37,378 nt of DNA, taken from a virus. Under the pieces are notes generated by a model that was not told where the DNA came from, made no database searches, and saw only the letters and a list, made by a program, of their open reading frames with translations. Made by a program: the position numbers and the translations under genes. Shown here piece by piece: positions 1 to 6,883 of the stretch (the stretch's first letter is position 1; each line of letters opens with the position of its first letter). The DNA is taken from positions 1-37,378 of the IMG/VR virus record IMGVR_UViG_3300010234_000030, one strand, 5' to 3'.

Positions 1-55
1 GGATTTATGTTTGTTGCTAGAGACTTTATTTTATGCACTTTGGTTTATGTACACC
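1..55. repeat. Terminal direct overlap, copy 1 (identical to 37324-37378)
   Basis: Bases 1-55 (ggatttatgtttgttgctagag...gtttatgtacacc) recur exactly as the last 55 bases of the window. A length of 55 is a common assembler k-mer, which fits a circularised contig. Confidence 0.95.
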
Positions 56-138
56 AATTACAAAATTTATACTACGCTTTATCCGCAAACGAGCTAAAGA
101 GGGAAGAAAAAATAAAAGAAAAAGATGATAAGCAATAA
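1..138 (+). CDS. 3' part of junction-spanning hypothetical protein (continuation of 36973..37378)
   Basis: Frame 1 continues the frame that leaves the window at 37378 (...FILCTLVYVH|QLQNLYYALSANELKREEKIKEKDDKQ*), with TAA at 136-138. Only 56-138 is unique sequence. Confidence 0.7.
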   Translation, partial: GFMFVARDFILCTLVYVHQLQNLYYALSANELKREEKIKEKDDKQ

Positions 139-170
139 CCTTTGATTAAGTACCAAGCCCAATCCATTAA

Positions 171-290
171 TTATACGCATTGTTATAAACTGGTGGCTTT
201 TATAGGGTTTGATTGCGTACAGATTGAGCCACTTGTTTATAACACCAAAATAAGTAGCGTTTTAATGCTATTTATTGACTGTTATACGCA
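171..290. promoter_or_regulatory. Direct-repeat / inverted-repeat cluster in non-coding gap 139-316 (candidate ori or operator region)
   Basis: The 9-mer TTATACGCA occurs at 171-179 and 282-290. These copies flank an imperfect inverted repeat, TGTTATAAACTGGTGGC (181-197) and GCCACTTGTTTATAACA (228-244), in which 15 of 17 positions pair across a 30-nt spacer. Confidence 0.4.
255..270 (+). promoter_or_regulatory. Conserved-loop hairpin motif, copy 1 (TAGC-GTTTTAAT-GCTA)
   Basis: The sense strand reads GTAGCGTTTTAATGCTA, upstream of the ATG at 317. The same CGTTTTAATG core is present in sense orientation in four leftward-arm intergenic sites. Confidence 0.5.
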
Positions 291-316
291 GGTTATTAAC
301 TAAAAAAAAACAAACT

Positions 317-487
317 ATGGGAGCAGTATACAAGACTTGTGAGCCGAGAAAACAAAAAGGTAGATATATTTATAATAGAGGAAGGTTGCATAAAGTAGGA
401 TGGAAACCAAAACATAAGTATAAATATAGAGTATTAATTAAGGATCTCGATAAGCTTATCAATGATATTCAATTAAGTGAGCTATGA
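317..487 (+). CDS. Hypothetical small basic protein (56 aa from ATG 317; track uses TTG 275)
   Basis: ORF-track frame 275..487. The first ATG is at 317 (MGAVYKTCEPRKQKGRYIYNRGRL...), the product is Lys/Arg-rich, and its stop overlaps the next start (ATGA at 484). Confidence 0.5.
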   Translation: MGAVYKTCEPRKQKGRYIYNRGRLHKVGWKPKHKYKYRVLIKDLDKLINDIQLSEL

Positions 488-777
488 AGAAACACACTAA
501 AATATACATCGACTCATTGGGTTATGATTTAAACGATTTTATGCCTAGTGAATTAAGCGGAGCTAGAGGTGTAGATATTCACCACATAGTAAATAGGGAA
601 AACCGAATAGAGAATTTAATGCTTTTAACCCGGGAAGAACACCAGGAGCTAGGAGAAATAAAAAGCAAAATGATATTCCTTTTAGAAGAGCATAGATTGT
701 TTTTAGATGTTAATGGAGTTATGTTTGATTCTAAATGGTTCGATGAAAAAATAAGACAATATAGTTTGTATGAGTGA
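484..777 (+). CDS. HNH endonuclease
   Basis: 97 aa with an HNH-type motif: GVDIHHIVNRENRIENLMLLTREEHQELG (His-His ... Asn ... His). Confidence 0.75.
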   Translation: MKKHTKIYIDSLGYDLNDFMPSELSGARGVDIHHIVNRENRIENLMLLTREEHQELGEIKSKMIFLLEEHRLFLDVNGVMFDSKWFDEKIRQYSLYE

Positions 778-1108
778 AATAATACTAAGAGGGCTACCTA
801 AACATTCATTAAATGAAATATACGCAGGTAAGCATTGGACAAAAAGAAAGAAAGACAAAAACACATACACTCTTATTGTTAGGGATCAATTTAAAGGTGT
901 TTTTAAGAAGGATAAAATATATAAAGTAGATTATACCTTTTTATTTAAAAACAAACCACTAGACACATCTAACACTGTTTATATGCTTAAGATGGTTGAG
1001 GATATAATATTTGAAGATGACACCTACAAAATAATACCAGAAATAACTATTAAATCAAAAAAGGGGAATGAAGATTTATTAATAATAAATGTTAAACAAT
1101 TAAACTAA
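770..1108 (+). CDS. rusA: RusA-like Holliday junction resolvase (putative)
   Basis: 112 aa. It has LPKHSLNEIYAGKHWTKRKK followed by PLDTSNTVYMLKMVEDIIFEDD. The latter resembles the RusA catalytic D-x2-N-x4-K-x3-D-x4-DD arrangement. Confidence 0.55.
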   Translation: MSEIILRGLPKHSLNEIYAGKHWTKRKKDKNTYTLIVRDQFKGVFKKDKIYKVDYTFLFKNKPLDTSNTVYMLKMVEDIIFEDDTYKIIPEITIKSKKGNEDLLIINVKQLN

Positions 1109-1115
1109 AACAATT

Positions 1116-1664
1116 ATGAAAAGTGAAACGATTTACAAAATAGTATGTAACTATTCTAATTTAGACATATCTAAAAGATGCAAAAAAACTAGGTATGTTT
1201 TATTAAGATGGGTTTATTTTAAAATGTGTAAAACATATACGAATGAGTCTTACGAATCAATGGGGCTTTGGGTAAAAAGGGATCACGCGTCTGTAACTCA
1301 TTGTTTTAAGAAATACGACTACGAAATAAAAAACAATGAGTTTTTACTAAAACTACATACTGATATTAACGAAATTTTAATGTCAGTAATAAGTGTTAAT
1401 CCAAAAGATATGATAAGTGAAATTGAGGCTTTAAGTTATGAAGAACGGTTAAAAGTTATAGAAAATAAATATATGTATGAAATTATGGTTCTTAAAAATG
1501 AAAATGTTTTGTTAAAAGACAAATTGAAATCTAAGCATAAAAAATCAAACATAATGAAAAAGATAGTTAGTTCAATATCTATACTTAATGAGTCACAAAA
1601 AGAGCAACTTTATAATTATAGAATAAACCCGTTTTTAAAAATGAATAGTTATGAGAAAGTCTAG
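1116..1664 (+). CDS. DnaA domain IV-like helix-turn-helix DNA-binding protein
   Basis: The segment RYVLLRWVYFKMCKTYTNESYESMGLWVKRDHASVTHCFKKY parallels the DnaA C-terminal DNA-binding domain (R..RQ.AMYL.K.LT..S...IG..FG.RDHTTVLHA). The C-terminal half is predicted coiled coil. Confidence 0.55.
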   Translation: MKSETIYKIVCNYSNLDISKRCKKTRYVLLRWVYFKMCKTYTNESYESMGLWVKRDHASVTHCFKKYDYEIKNNEFLLKLHTDINEILMSVISVNPKDMISEIEALSYEERLKVIENKYMYEIMVLKNENVLLKDKLKSKHKKSNIMKKIVSSISILNESQKEQLYNYRINPFLKMNSYEKV

Positions 1665-1902
1665 TTTAGAAGCACACGAGGCAATAAAGCCAGTAAAAGA
1701 CACACATTACCATATAATCAAAAACACAATGATTAAGATAGGTAAACCATCCACAGGTAAGACAATAGCAAAGCATTGCAAAAATCTAACGTATCACGCT
1801 ATAATGAGGCGTTTAAGTGAAATGAGGGATATGTCTATGATTTTAGAGTCTGGAAGAGACAACACGCAGAAGTTTAACCCCATATTGTGGAGTGTTAATT
1901 AA
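1651..1902 (+). CDS. Hypothetical protein, possible winged-helix DNA-binding protein
   Basis: 83 aa, overlapping the upstream gene by 14 nt. The GKTIAKHCKNLTYHAIMRRLSEMRDMSMI segment looks HTH-like. No firm family assignment. Confidence 0.35.
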   Translation: MRKSSLEAHEAIKPVKDTHYHIIKNTMIKIGKPSTGKTIAKHCKNLTYHAIMRRLSEMRDMSMILESGRDNTQKFNPILWSVN

Positions 1903-1919
1903 CTAAAAACATTACAAAA

Positions 1920-2105
1920 ATGGAAATAAATAATTGGATTGACAAAAGAGTAAAAATGATTAGTGATGATTTTGGATTAGACCAAATAAAAAGTGAGTGT
2001 TGGGAATATTGTATGCGAGAATATAATGGAGTGCTAAATCTAAATGCAATGATATATAGAAGTATGGATATATATGCAGAAATTATCAAAAGAAGTAATA
2101 GGTAG
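1920..2105 (+). CDS. Hypothetical protein
   Basis: 61-aa ORF, co-oriented with the + arm and tightly spaced. The antisense ORF 1895..2089 is hydrophobic, low-complexity sequence. Confidence 0.5.
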   Translation: MEINNWIDKRVKMISDDFGLDQIKSECWEYCMREYNGVLNLNAMIYRSMDIYAEIIKRSNR

Positions 2106-2129
2106 CACTTGTTTACAACTATAATATAT

Positions 2130-2537
2130 ATGGAATTTAACCTATCAAATAAAGACGAACTAGCAAAGGCAAAACTTAGATTTAACCTTCTATGTCAAAA
2201 CGGCAATAGAGTAGAGCTAAAGAAGTTGCAGGACACTAGGTCGTTACGACAAAACTCCGCACTGCATTTGTTTTTCAATATGATTTCATTTGCATTTAAT
2301 GAAATGGGTCAGGAGTTTGTGTTTACTGGATTAAAAGGAAAAGATATAAGCATACCTTACACGCCTAACATAGTGAAAGATTGTTTTTGGCGACCTATAC
2401 AAATAGCTTTATTCGACATATATAGCACCAAGGACATAAACACTGAACAACTAAACGAAATAGTTTTAGTTATAACTAAGTTCTTTGCTGAAAGAGGTGT
2501 AAGTACTTTGGAGTTTCCTAGTATGGATAGAGATTAA
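2130..2537 (+). CDS. ninB: NinB/Orf-family recombination mediator (putative)
   Basis: RSLRQNSALHLFFNMIS matches the lambda NinB RSLDQNRKLWACLGDVS motif. The C-terminal STKDINTEQLNEIVLVITKFFAERGV resembles the NinB ...EFAELLELIQAFGTERGV tail. The first ATG is at 2130 (track TTG at 2109). Confidence 0.6.
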   Translation: MEFNLSNKDELAKAKLRFNLLCQNGNRVELKKLQDTRSLRQNSALHLFFNMISFAFNEMGQEFVFTGLKGKDISIPYTPNIVKDCFWRPIQIALFDIYSTKDINTEQLNEIVLVITKFFAERGVSTLEFPSMDRD

Positions 2538-2562
2538 CGGTATGAATAAAAACTGAAGCGAT

Positions 2563-2802
2563 ATGAAAAAAGAACTTAGAAAATTATGTGAAGATTTCAC
2601 AGTAAGCGATGAAGCAGGGCAGAAGCTATATGATGAGCTTTTGGTTTTATTTGATGTTAGGGTGCGTTTGACAACAAGAGAGAAAGCCAAAGCAGCAAGT
2701 AAATGGGCAACAGAAAGAAGTGAAGGTGATATAGATGTAGATATGCAATGCTACTACGATTATTTAATGGGGATGGTAGAAGCTGAAAGGATGCTGAAAT
2801 AA
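2563..2802 (+). CDS. Hypothetical protein
   Basis: 79-aa ORF in the + arm. No recognisable motif. Confidence 0.55.
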   Translation: MKKELRKLCEDFTVSDEAGQKLYDELLVLFDVRVRLTTREKAKAASKWATERSEGDIDVDMQCYYDYLMGMVEAERMLK

Positions 2803-2862
2803 ATGCGCTATAACTATCGTATAAGTTCGACAAATGTATTAAATCTTAAAAATTAGTAAATA

Positions 2863-3000
2863 ATGAATATAGAAAATAACTTAGAAGCTATATGCAAGTG
2901 GTTAAAAGAGGTGAAAGGTATAACAAAAATTGATATGATGGATCTTATTATTTACATACCTGAATATGAAGAGTGGCTAAAATCAACACCAGAGGAATAA
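2863..3000 (+). CDS. Hypothetical small protein (45 aa, not in ORF track)
   Basis: Runs from ATG 2863 to TAA 2998-3000 (MNIENNLEAICKWLKEVKGITKIDMMDLIIYIPEYEEWLKSTPEE). It is the last ORF of the + arm and ends 5 nt from the convergent - strand gene. Confidence 0.35.
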   Translation: MNIENNLEAICKWLKEVKGITKIDMMDLIIYIPEYEEWLKSTPEE

Positions 3001-3005
3001 GATAT

Positions 3006-3581
3006 CTAAAACAACTTAATCCCAACCTTAGCATTAAAGTTTATACTCTTGCTTACATTGTTGTATGATGCGCTTGTTCCTATTATAATTTTGTTTCTGA
3101 TCTGATAGTCCAGTCCTAACTCAAAACGTTCTAAAACAGGCTGTACGGAACCCTCAACATACAAGAACAATCCGCTTTTGTCTTTTTTTATCGTTTCCTT
3201 TATTGTTGTTTCTTTCTCCTGGTATGAGATAGAGCCGGTAACATCAAGTAATTCACCGGTAGTTGTTATTTTTAAGTCTGCTGTAGCGTTATTGCTTTCC
3301 AACTTTGTATCATATTGGTTAGCTTCTATAGCCTCATTTGTTTCTTTATCGACATACACTATGGAGTCCTTTCCTTTTATGGTTGTTTCCTTTACGACAT
3401 AAACCTTTTTAGGTATTTCTTTAATGGTTACGGTGTTTATTGTATCAACTCTTTCAATGTATTTAGTTTCTATCTTTGTTTTAACTATTGTTTCTCCTTT
3501 CTTTCCGCATTGCTTCAATAGCGCCAATACTAAAACAACTATCAACAAATACCAAAACCAATTATTTTTTACTTTTCTCAT
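3006..3581 (-). CDS. Envelope protein: N-terminal signal anchor or lipobox-like Cys, beta-rich, C-terminal Phe (OM-protein-like)
   Basis: The N-terminus is MRKVKNNWFWYLLIVVLVLALLKQCGKK. The C-terminus has amphipathic strands ending ...NFNAKVGIKLF. A hairpin terminator lies just upstream, so the gene is set apart from the lysis operon. Confidence 0.5.
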   Translation of the reverse strand: MRKVKNNWFWYLLIVVLVLALLKQCGKKGETIVKTKIETKYIERVDTINTVTIKEIPKKVYVVKETTIKGKDSIVYVDKETNEAIEANQYDTKLESNNATADLKITTTGELLDVTGSISYQEKETTIKETIKKDKSGLFLYVEGSVQPVLERFELGLDYQIRNKIIIGTSASYNNVSKSINFNAKVGIKLF

Positions 3582-3597
3582 ACTATTTAAATTTATT

Positions 3598-3642
3598 GCA
3601 AAAAATAGGCTGATTCCTAGTTATTAAAGAAATCAGCCTATT
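3598..3642 (-). terminator. Rho-independent terminator (- strand)
   Basis: A perfect 12-bp stem, AATAGGCTGATT (3604-3615) with AATCAGCCTATT (3631-3642), encloses a 15-nt loop. On the - strand the stem is followed by a TTTTTT run. Confidence 0.7.
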
Positions 3643-3713
3643 ATTGCTACTAACCAAAATGAAATGTTTTACATTATGTGTAATGTACAATATATTTATG
3701 TAAAAAACAACAA

Positions 3714-3860
3714 TTATTTGTATTTCTTATTTTTAAGGCAATCGATACTGGTCATTGCTTCGTCAAATAAATCCTTTAGATTTTCTGATAAAGTCTTTTT
3801 CCTATCTTTTATTTCTTTAATAGATTGCGTGTATTCTTTGTCGTTACTAGAGCAAGTCAT
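3714..3860 (-). CDS. Hypothetical small protein (48 aa, not in ORF track)
   Basis: The ATG at 3860 lies 1 nt after the stop of the upstream gene, with TAA at 3716-3714 (MTCSSNDKEYTQSIKEIKDRKKTLSENLKDLFDEAMTSIDCLKNKKYK). It is the last ORF before the terminator. Confidence 0.3.
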   Translation of the reverse strand: MTCSSNDKEYTQSIKEIKDRKKTLSENLKDLFDEAMTSIDCLKNKKYK

Positions 3861-3861
3861 A

Positions 3862-4110
3862 TTATTTAGAGTGTATTATTTCTTTTAAATCGTTAACCAT
3901 TTTTATAGACCTTTCTACTAGTTCGGTCTTATCCTTATCGCTTTCTTTCAAATCCCTAATATGATTGTCCATAACCTCTTCCAATCTCTTGTCCTTCTTG
4001 TGTATTGACCACATAAGGTAGAATATAATAAAGATTAATACTCCTACAATCGAAACTTCTTTAATTGTTAGAACCTTTTCCAAGTCCTGTATTGTTTGCA
4101 TCAAAAACAT
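3862..4110 (-). CDS. Single-TM membrane protein with charged coiled-coil tail (holin or i-spanin-like candidate)
   Basis: One TM segment (VSIVGVLIFIIFYLMWSI) is followed by KKDKRLEEVMDNHIRDLKESDKDKTELVERSIKMVNDLKEI. An alternative ATG at 4101 overlaps the upstream stop (TGATG). Confidence 0.5.
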   Translation of the reverse strand: MFLMQTIQDLEKVLTIKEVSIVGVLIFIIFYLMWSIHKKDKRLEEVMDNHIRDLKESDKDKTELVERSIKMVNDLKEIIHSK

Positions 4111-4481
4111 CTAATAATTTTTTTAATTGCCTTAACAGCGTTAAATGTATTAAGCACGATGAAAACTAGAATTATTAGGGATAACCAAAGATCGTACATT
4201 TTATTATAAACCCAATTTTCAGACAAGGAGAATATTATGCTTATTATATTCATAACCAATAGCCCTGCTACTGCTATCTTTGTTTGACTACAAAAAGACT
4301 TTCTGAAATATAGGAATATGAAAACTATATTTGTCAACACAGAGTAACCAACCAAATCACCTAGTATTGAGTAAAAAAATGAATAAGTATTATAACTAGA
4401 AAAATACCCACTCAATGCCGTTATAAACAGCATCAAGAAGGGTATCATTGTAATTATATTATGTCTAGTTATTTTGTTCAT
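4101..4481 (-). CDS. Four-TM small membrane protein (holin candidate)
   Basis: 126 aa with about 4 hydrophobic helices and a basic C-terminus (KAIKKIIRCF). It lies downstream of the endolysin gene. Confidence 0.5.
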   Translation of the reverse strand: MNKITRHNIITMIPFLMLFITALSGYFSSYNTYSFFYSILGDLVGYSVLTNIVFIFLYFRKSFCSQTKIAVAGLLVMNIISIIFSLSENWVYNKMYDLWLSLIILVFIVLNTFNAVKAIKKIIRCF

Positions 4482-4717
4482 TCTGTGGGTTTGCTTATTC
4501 CACCACCACCAACACTAAAACCTGAAGGTTTATCATAGTTGTCATACGGATATGAGCCATCGTTATATAAATAGTCCAAAACTCTATTTCCACCGTTTGA
4601 AAAATCATCGTGCTGACCTGTCATAACCAAGTGAAGGAAGTGCGTTTCTAGTGTTACTCTTTTTACTTGTGATTCGTCCCAAGCTGCGATTTTCTCTGCA
4701 TCTGTTAAATGTGCCAT
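4478..4717 (-). CDS. Hypothetical protein
   Basis: 79-aa ORF between the endolysin and the membrane protein, overlapping the next gene by 4 nt. It has a Gly-rich C-terminus. Confidence 0.5.
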   Translation of the reverse strand: MAHLTDAEKIAAWDESQVKRVTLETHFLHLVMTGQHDDFSNGGNRVLDYLYNDGSYPYDNYDKPSGFSVGGGGISKPTE

Positions 4718-4728
4718 TGTTTTTGTTT

Positions 4729-5148
4729 TTAATTAATTTTACGGTATTCTAATAATCTACTTTTGGGGTAGGCTTTTATATTTACTGAATTGTTTTGATT
4801 GCCACCCAAAACCCAAATATAGCCATTTGACTCTTTAATAAAAAATCCTACGTGTCCTTTCCAACTTTCTATGCTTTCCCTCCAAAACACAACTACATCA
4901 CCAATTTTAGGGTCTTGTGTTTCTTCTCCTACATTTAACCAACTACGAGCGTTTAACTTGCCGCTTGTCAAATAACCCGCCTGTAAAGCTACCCAATTGG
5001 CAAAAGCGCTGCACCAGGCGGTTTCATCGTGTTTTACCCAACTATGGCCAATATCATTAAAATATTGCATAATCCTGTGGTTGTCGTTTGATCCCAATAT
5101 CTCACGTACTCCGTATTCTCCTAAAGCTATGTTTATTAAATGACTCAT
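4729..5148 (-). CDS. Endolysin, NlpC/P60-CHAP-like cell-wall peptidase (TIGR02594-type)
   Basis: ETAWCSAFANWVALQAG carries the catalytic Cys motif. It is followed by GDVVVFWR...WKGHVGFF and VLGGNQNNSV, which are typical of the phage TIGR02594 peptidase family. Confidence 0.8.
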   Translation of the reverse strand: MSHLINIALGEYGVREILGSNDNHRIMQYFNDIGHSWVKHDETAWCSAFANWVALQAGYLTSGKLNARSWLNVGEETQDPKIGDVVVFWRESIESWKGHVGFFIKESNGYIWVLGGNQNNSVNIKAYPKSRLLEYRKIN

Positions 5149-6395
5149 TATCTGTTTATTTTAGTCTCTATTACCACTCTATCCGTTGCCTCGTCTGTAT
5201 CGTATAGTACTATTTCGCATACATCACCTATAAAAGTAAGGTTTGCTTGATTTCTTGATATAAGGTTTACATTTAATGACCTACTTACACCAGAAACCTC
5301 CAAGTTCCCATCGACATACAAATCCAAGTCAACACCATCACTTATACACGACACATAATGACTATTTAAATCCTCAACTGTTGAACTAATGAAAGAGGGG
5401 TTAGAGAAAAAACCTATTCCCGTTGCTCCTGAAAAAGTTCCACCAGTCCATAACCCTCCATCCGTAGGAGTTGTCGAGAAAACCAAGTACTGTATTAGGT
5501 TGGTTAAAGCGTTATTCTTGTGCTTTGTAAATATACTTAGTGTATTCATTACCGTAGACCCCGTTGTGGTTATCCAAGAACCCGAAACCATACGCCAACA
5601 CGGGCGTCCATCCAGTGTCAATATAACGCCACTTTCTACTACTTTAACCGTTTGGTTGTTAACTTCCCAATAGTCTCCGCTTTCTTGCTCATATATACCC
5701 TGTAGTATGCCATCATTGTCTCCTGTTGCACAATAAGCCAATAACGTACCATCCAGCCACTCAATGGCTGTAAAGTCTTGCGCTGCCTCTGTTCCTGATT
5801 TAACTTTTGCTACTATTGGATTTGCACCATCCGAAATATCTTCAAGAGAAAACCTACCCGTTGACCCTGGGTAGGAAACTGTTGGCGGTGGTGGTTCTTG
5901 ACCATCTATTGTAAATCCTGTTCCAAACAAGTCATCAATATACAACGACTCTCTTTCTTCTTTTCCTTCAAAACTTATGTCGTAACCGTTTAGAGTGGTT
6001 CTGCTTGTTCCTATGCTTGCTTTTATACCCGTGCATTCCAAACCTTTGTAAGCTCCTAGTATTCTATATTTACCGTTTTTGTCCAATACTATTATTCGGA
6101 CATCTTTTTTTAATAGCTTTCTTAGGTTTAAATCTACATCAACCTTTGATAGCTCAATCGATATATTTTCGTCGTAATATTTTCCCCCTGCTTCCTCTTG
6201 CATTTTATTTGCGAAAACAGGATCAGAAACATACTCATATCCGTATATGGTCGTTTCTGGAAATGATGTTAATATATTTCCGTTTGTTGTTATTTCCGAT
6301 CTGTTGTAATTCTCAAAACTGAAAAGATAGACGTTTTTTAAGCCGCCTGAACCATCTTTACATTTAGAGTCATACCCTTGATCTATATTAGCCAT
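5148..6395 (-). CDS. Structural protein: tube-like N-terminal domain + PPPP linker + LamG/ConA-like lectin domain
   Basis: The N-terminal ~165 aa are paralogous to the 8925..9443 product (CKDGSGGLKNVYLF, LDKNGKYRILG, TLNGYDISF). The C-terminus contains DLDLYVDGNLEVSG ... IGDVCEIVLYDTDEA, which looks like a laminin-G jelly-roll. Confidence 0.55.
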   Translation of the reverse strand: MANIDQGYDSKCKDGSGGLKNVYLFSFENYNRSEITTNGNILTSFPETTIYGYEYVSDPVFANKMQEEAGGKYYDENISIELSKVDVDLNLRKLLKKDVRIIVLDKNGKYRILGAYKGLECTGIKASIGTSRTTLNGYDISFEGKEERESLYIDDLFGTGFTIDGQEPPPPTVSYPGSTGRFSLEDISDGANPIVAKVKSGTEAAQDFTAIEWLDGTLLAYCATGDNDGILQGIYEQESGDYWEVNNQTVKVVESGVILTLDGRPCWRMVSGSWITTTGSTVMNTLSIFTKHKNNALTNLIQYLVFSTTPTDGGLWTGGTFSGATGIGFFSNPSFISSTVEDLNSHYVSCISDGVDLDLYVDGNLEVSGVSRSLNVNLISRNQANLTFIGDVCEIVLYDTDEATDRVVIETKINR

Positions 6396-6877
6396 CCGTA
6401 TGTTAGTTTTATGTCTTTTTGTGCGTTTACTTCATCTTGACTTGTCTTGTATTCTGGTATTTCGTTTTTACCTATCCATTTTTCAAATCTAATAACATAC
6501 ATTTGTGACATTTTTTGATATACTTGACTTAAAGACGCAATTTCATCTGATGTAAGTTGTACGGAGTCTTCTGGCGCGTGCTTGAACACACCTCCATTTA
6601 CGACCATATATGGTGAAATCTTTATATATTCCGCAGCCCCTTGGTTTTTAGTTATTGGCTTTACGTATTCATTGTATAAAGTCTCATATAATCCTGTTAA
6701 CATTGAATTTTGAGCGTCTGTCTTTATTTTGTCGTATAACTCCGTTCCTAAAAGTGGTTCAATAACGCTTATCTGAACACTAGCAACGCTAGTCATATAC
6801 TTGTCAACGTCAACATTACCACCAATTATTGTGTTTTCGATTAACTCCTGTGGTGTTATGAATAAAAAATCTGCCAT
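6383..6877 (-). CDS. Head-tail connector/adaptor-like protein (putative)
   Basis: 164 aa, immediately downstream of the portal gene. The N-terminal ITPQELIENTIIGGNVDVDKY...ISVIEPLLGTELYDKI pattern resembles gp6-like connector proteins. Weak call. Confidence 0.35.
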   Translation of the reverse strand: MADFLFITPQELIENTIIGGNVDVDKYMTSVASVQISVIEPLLGTELYDKIKTDAQNSMLTGLYETLYNEYVKPITKNQGAAEYIKISPYMVVNGGVFKHAPEDSVQLTSDEIASLSQVYQKMSQMYVIRFEKWIGKNEIPEYKTSQDEVNAQKDIKLTYGWLI

Positions 6878-6883
6878 AATTAT

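Noticed and set aside
1-55. Terminal 55-bp repeat as a biological direct terminal repeat or cos region
   Set aside because: An exact k-mer-sized overlap lying in the middle of an open reading frame is more simply explained as assembly circularisation. A real DTR cannot be excluded without read data.
3178-3888. + strand ORFs 3178..3402, 3315..3521, 3424..3627, 3664..3888
   Set aside because: They are antisense to - strand genes or to the terminator region. Their sequences are hydrophobic and low-complexity, and the last one spans a hairpin terminator and two better-supported - strand ORFs.
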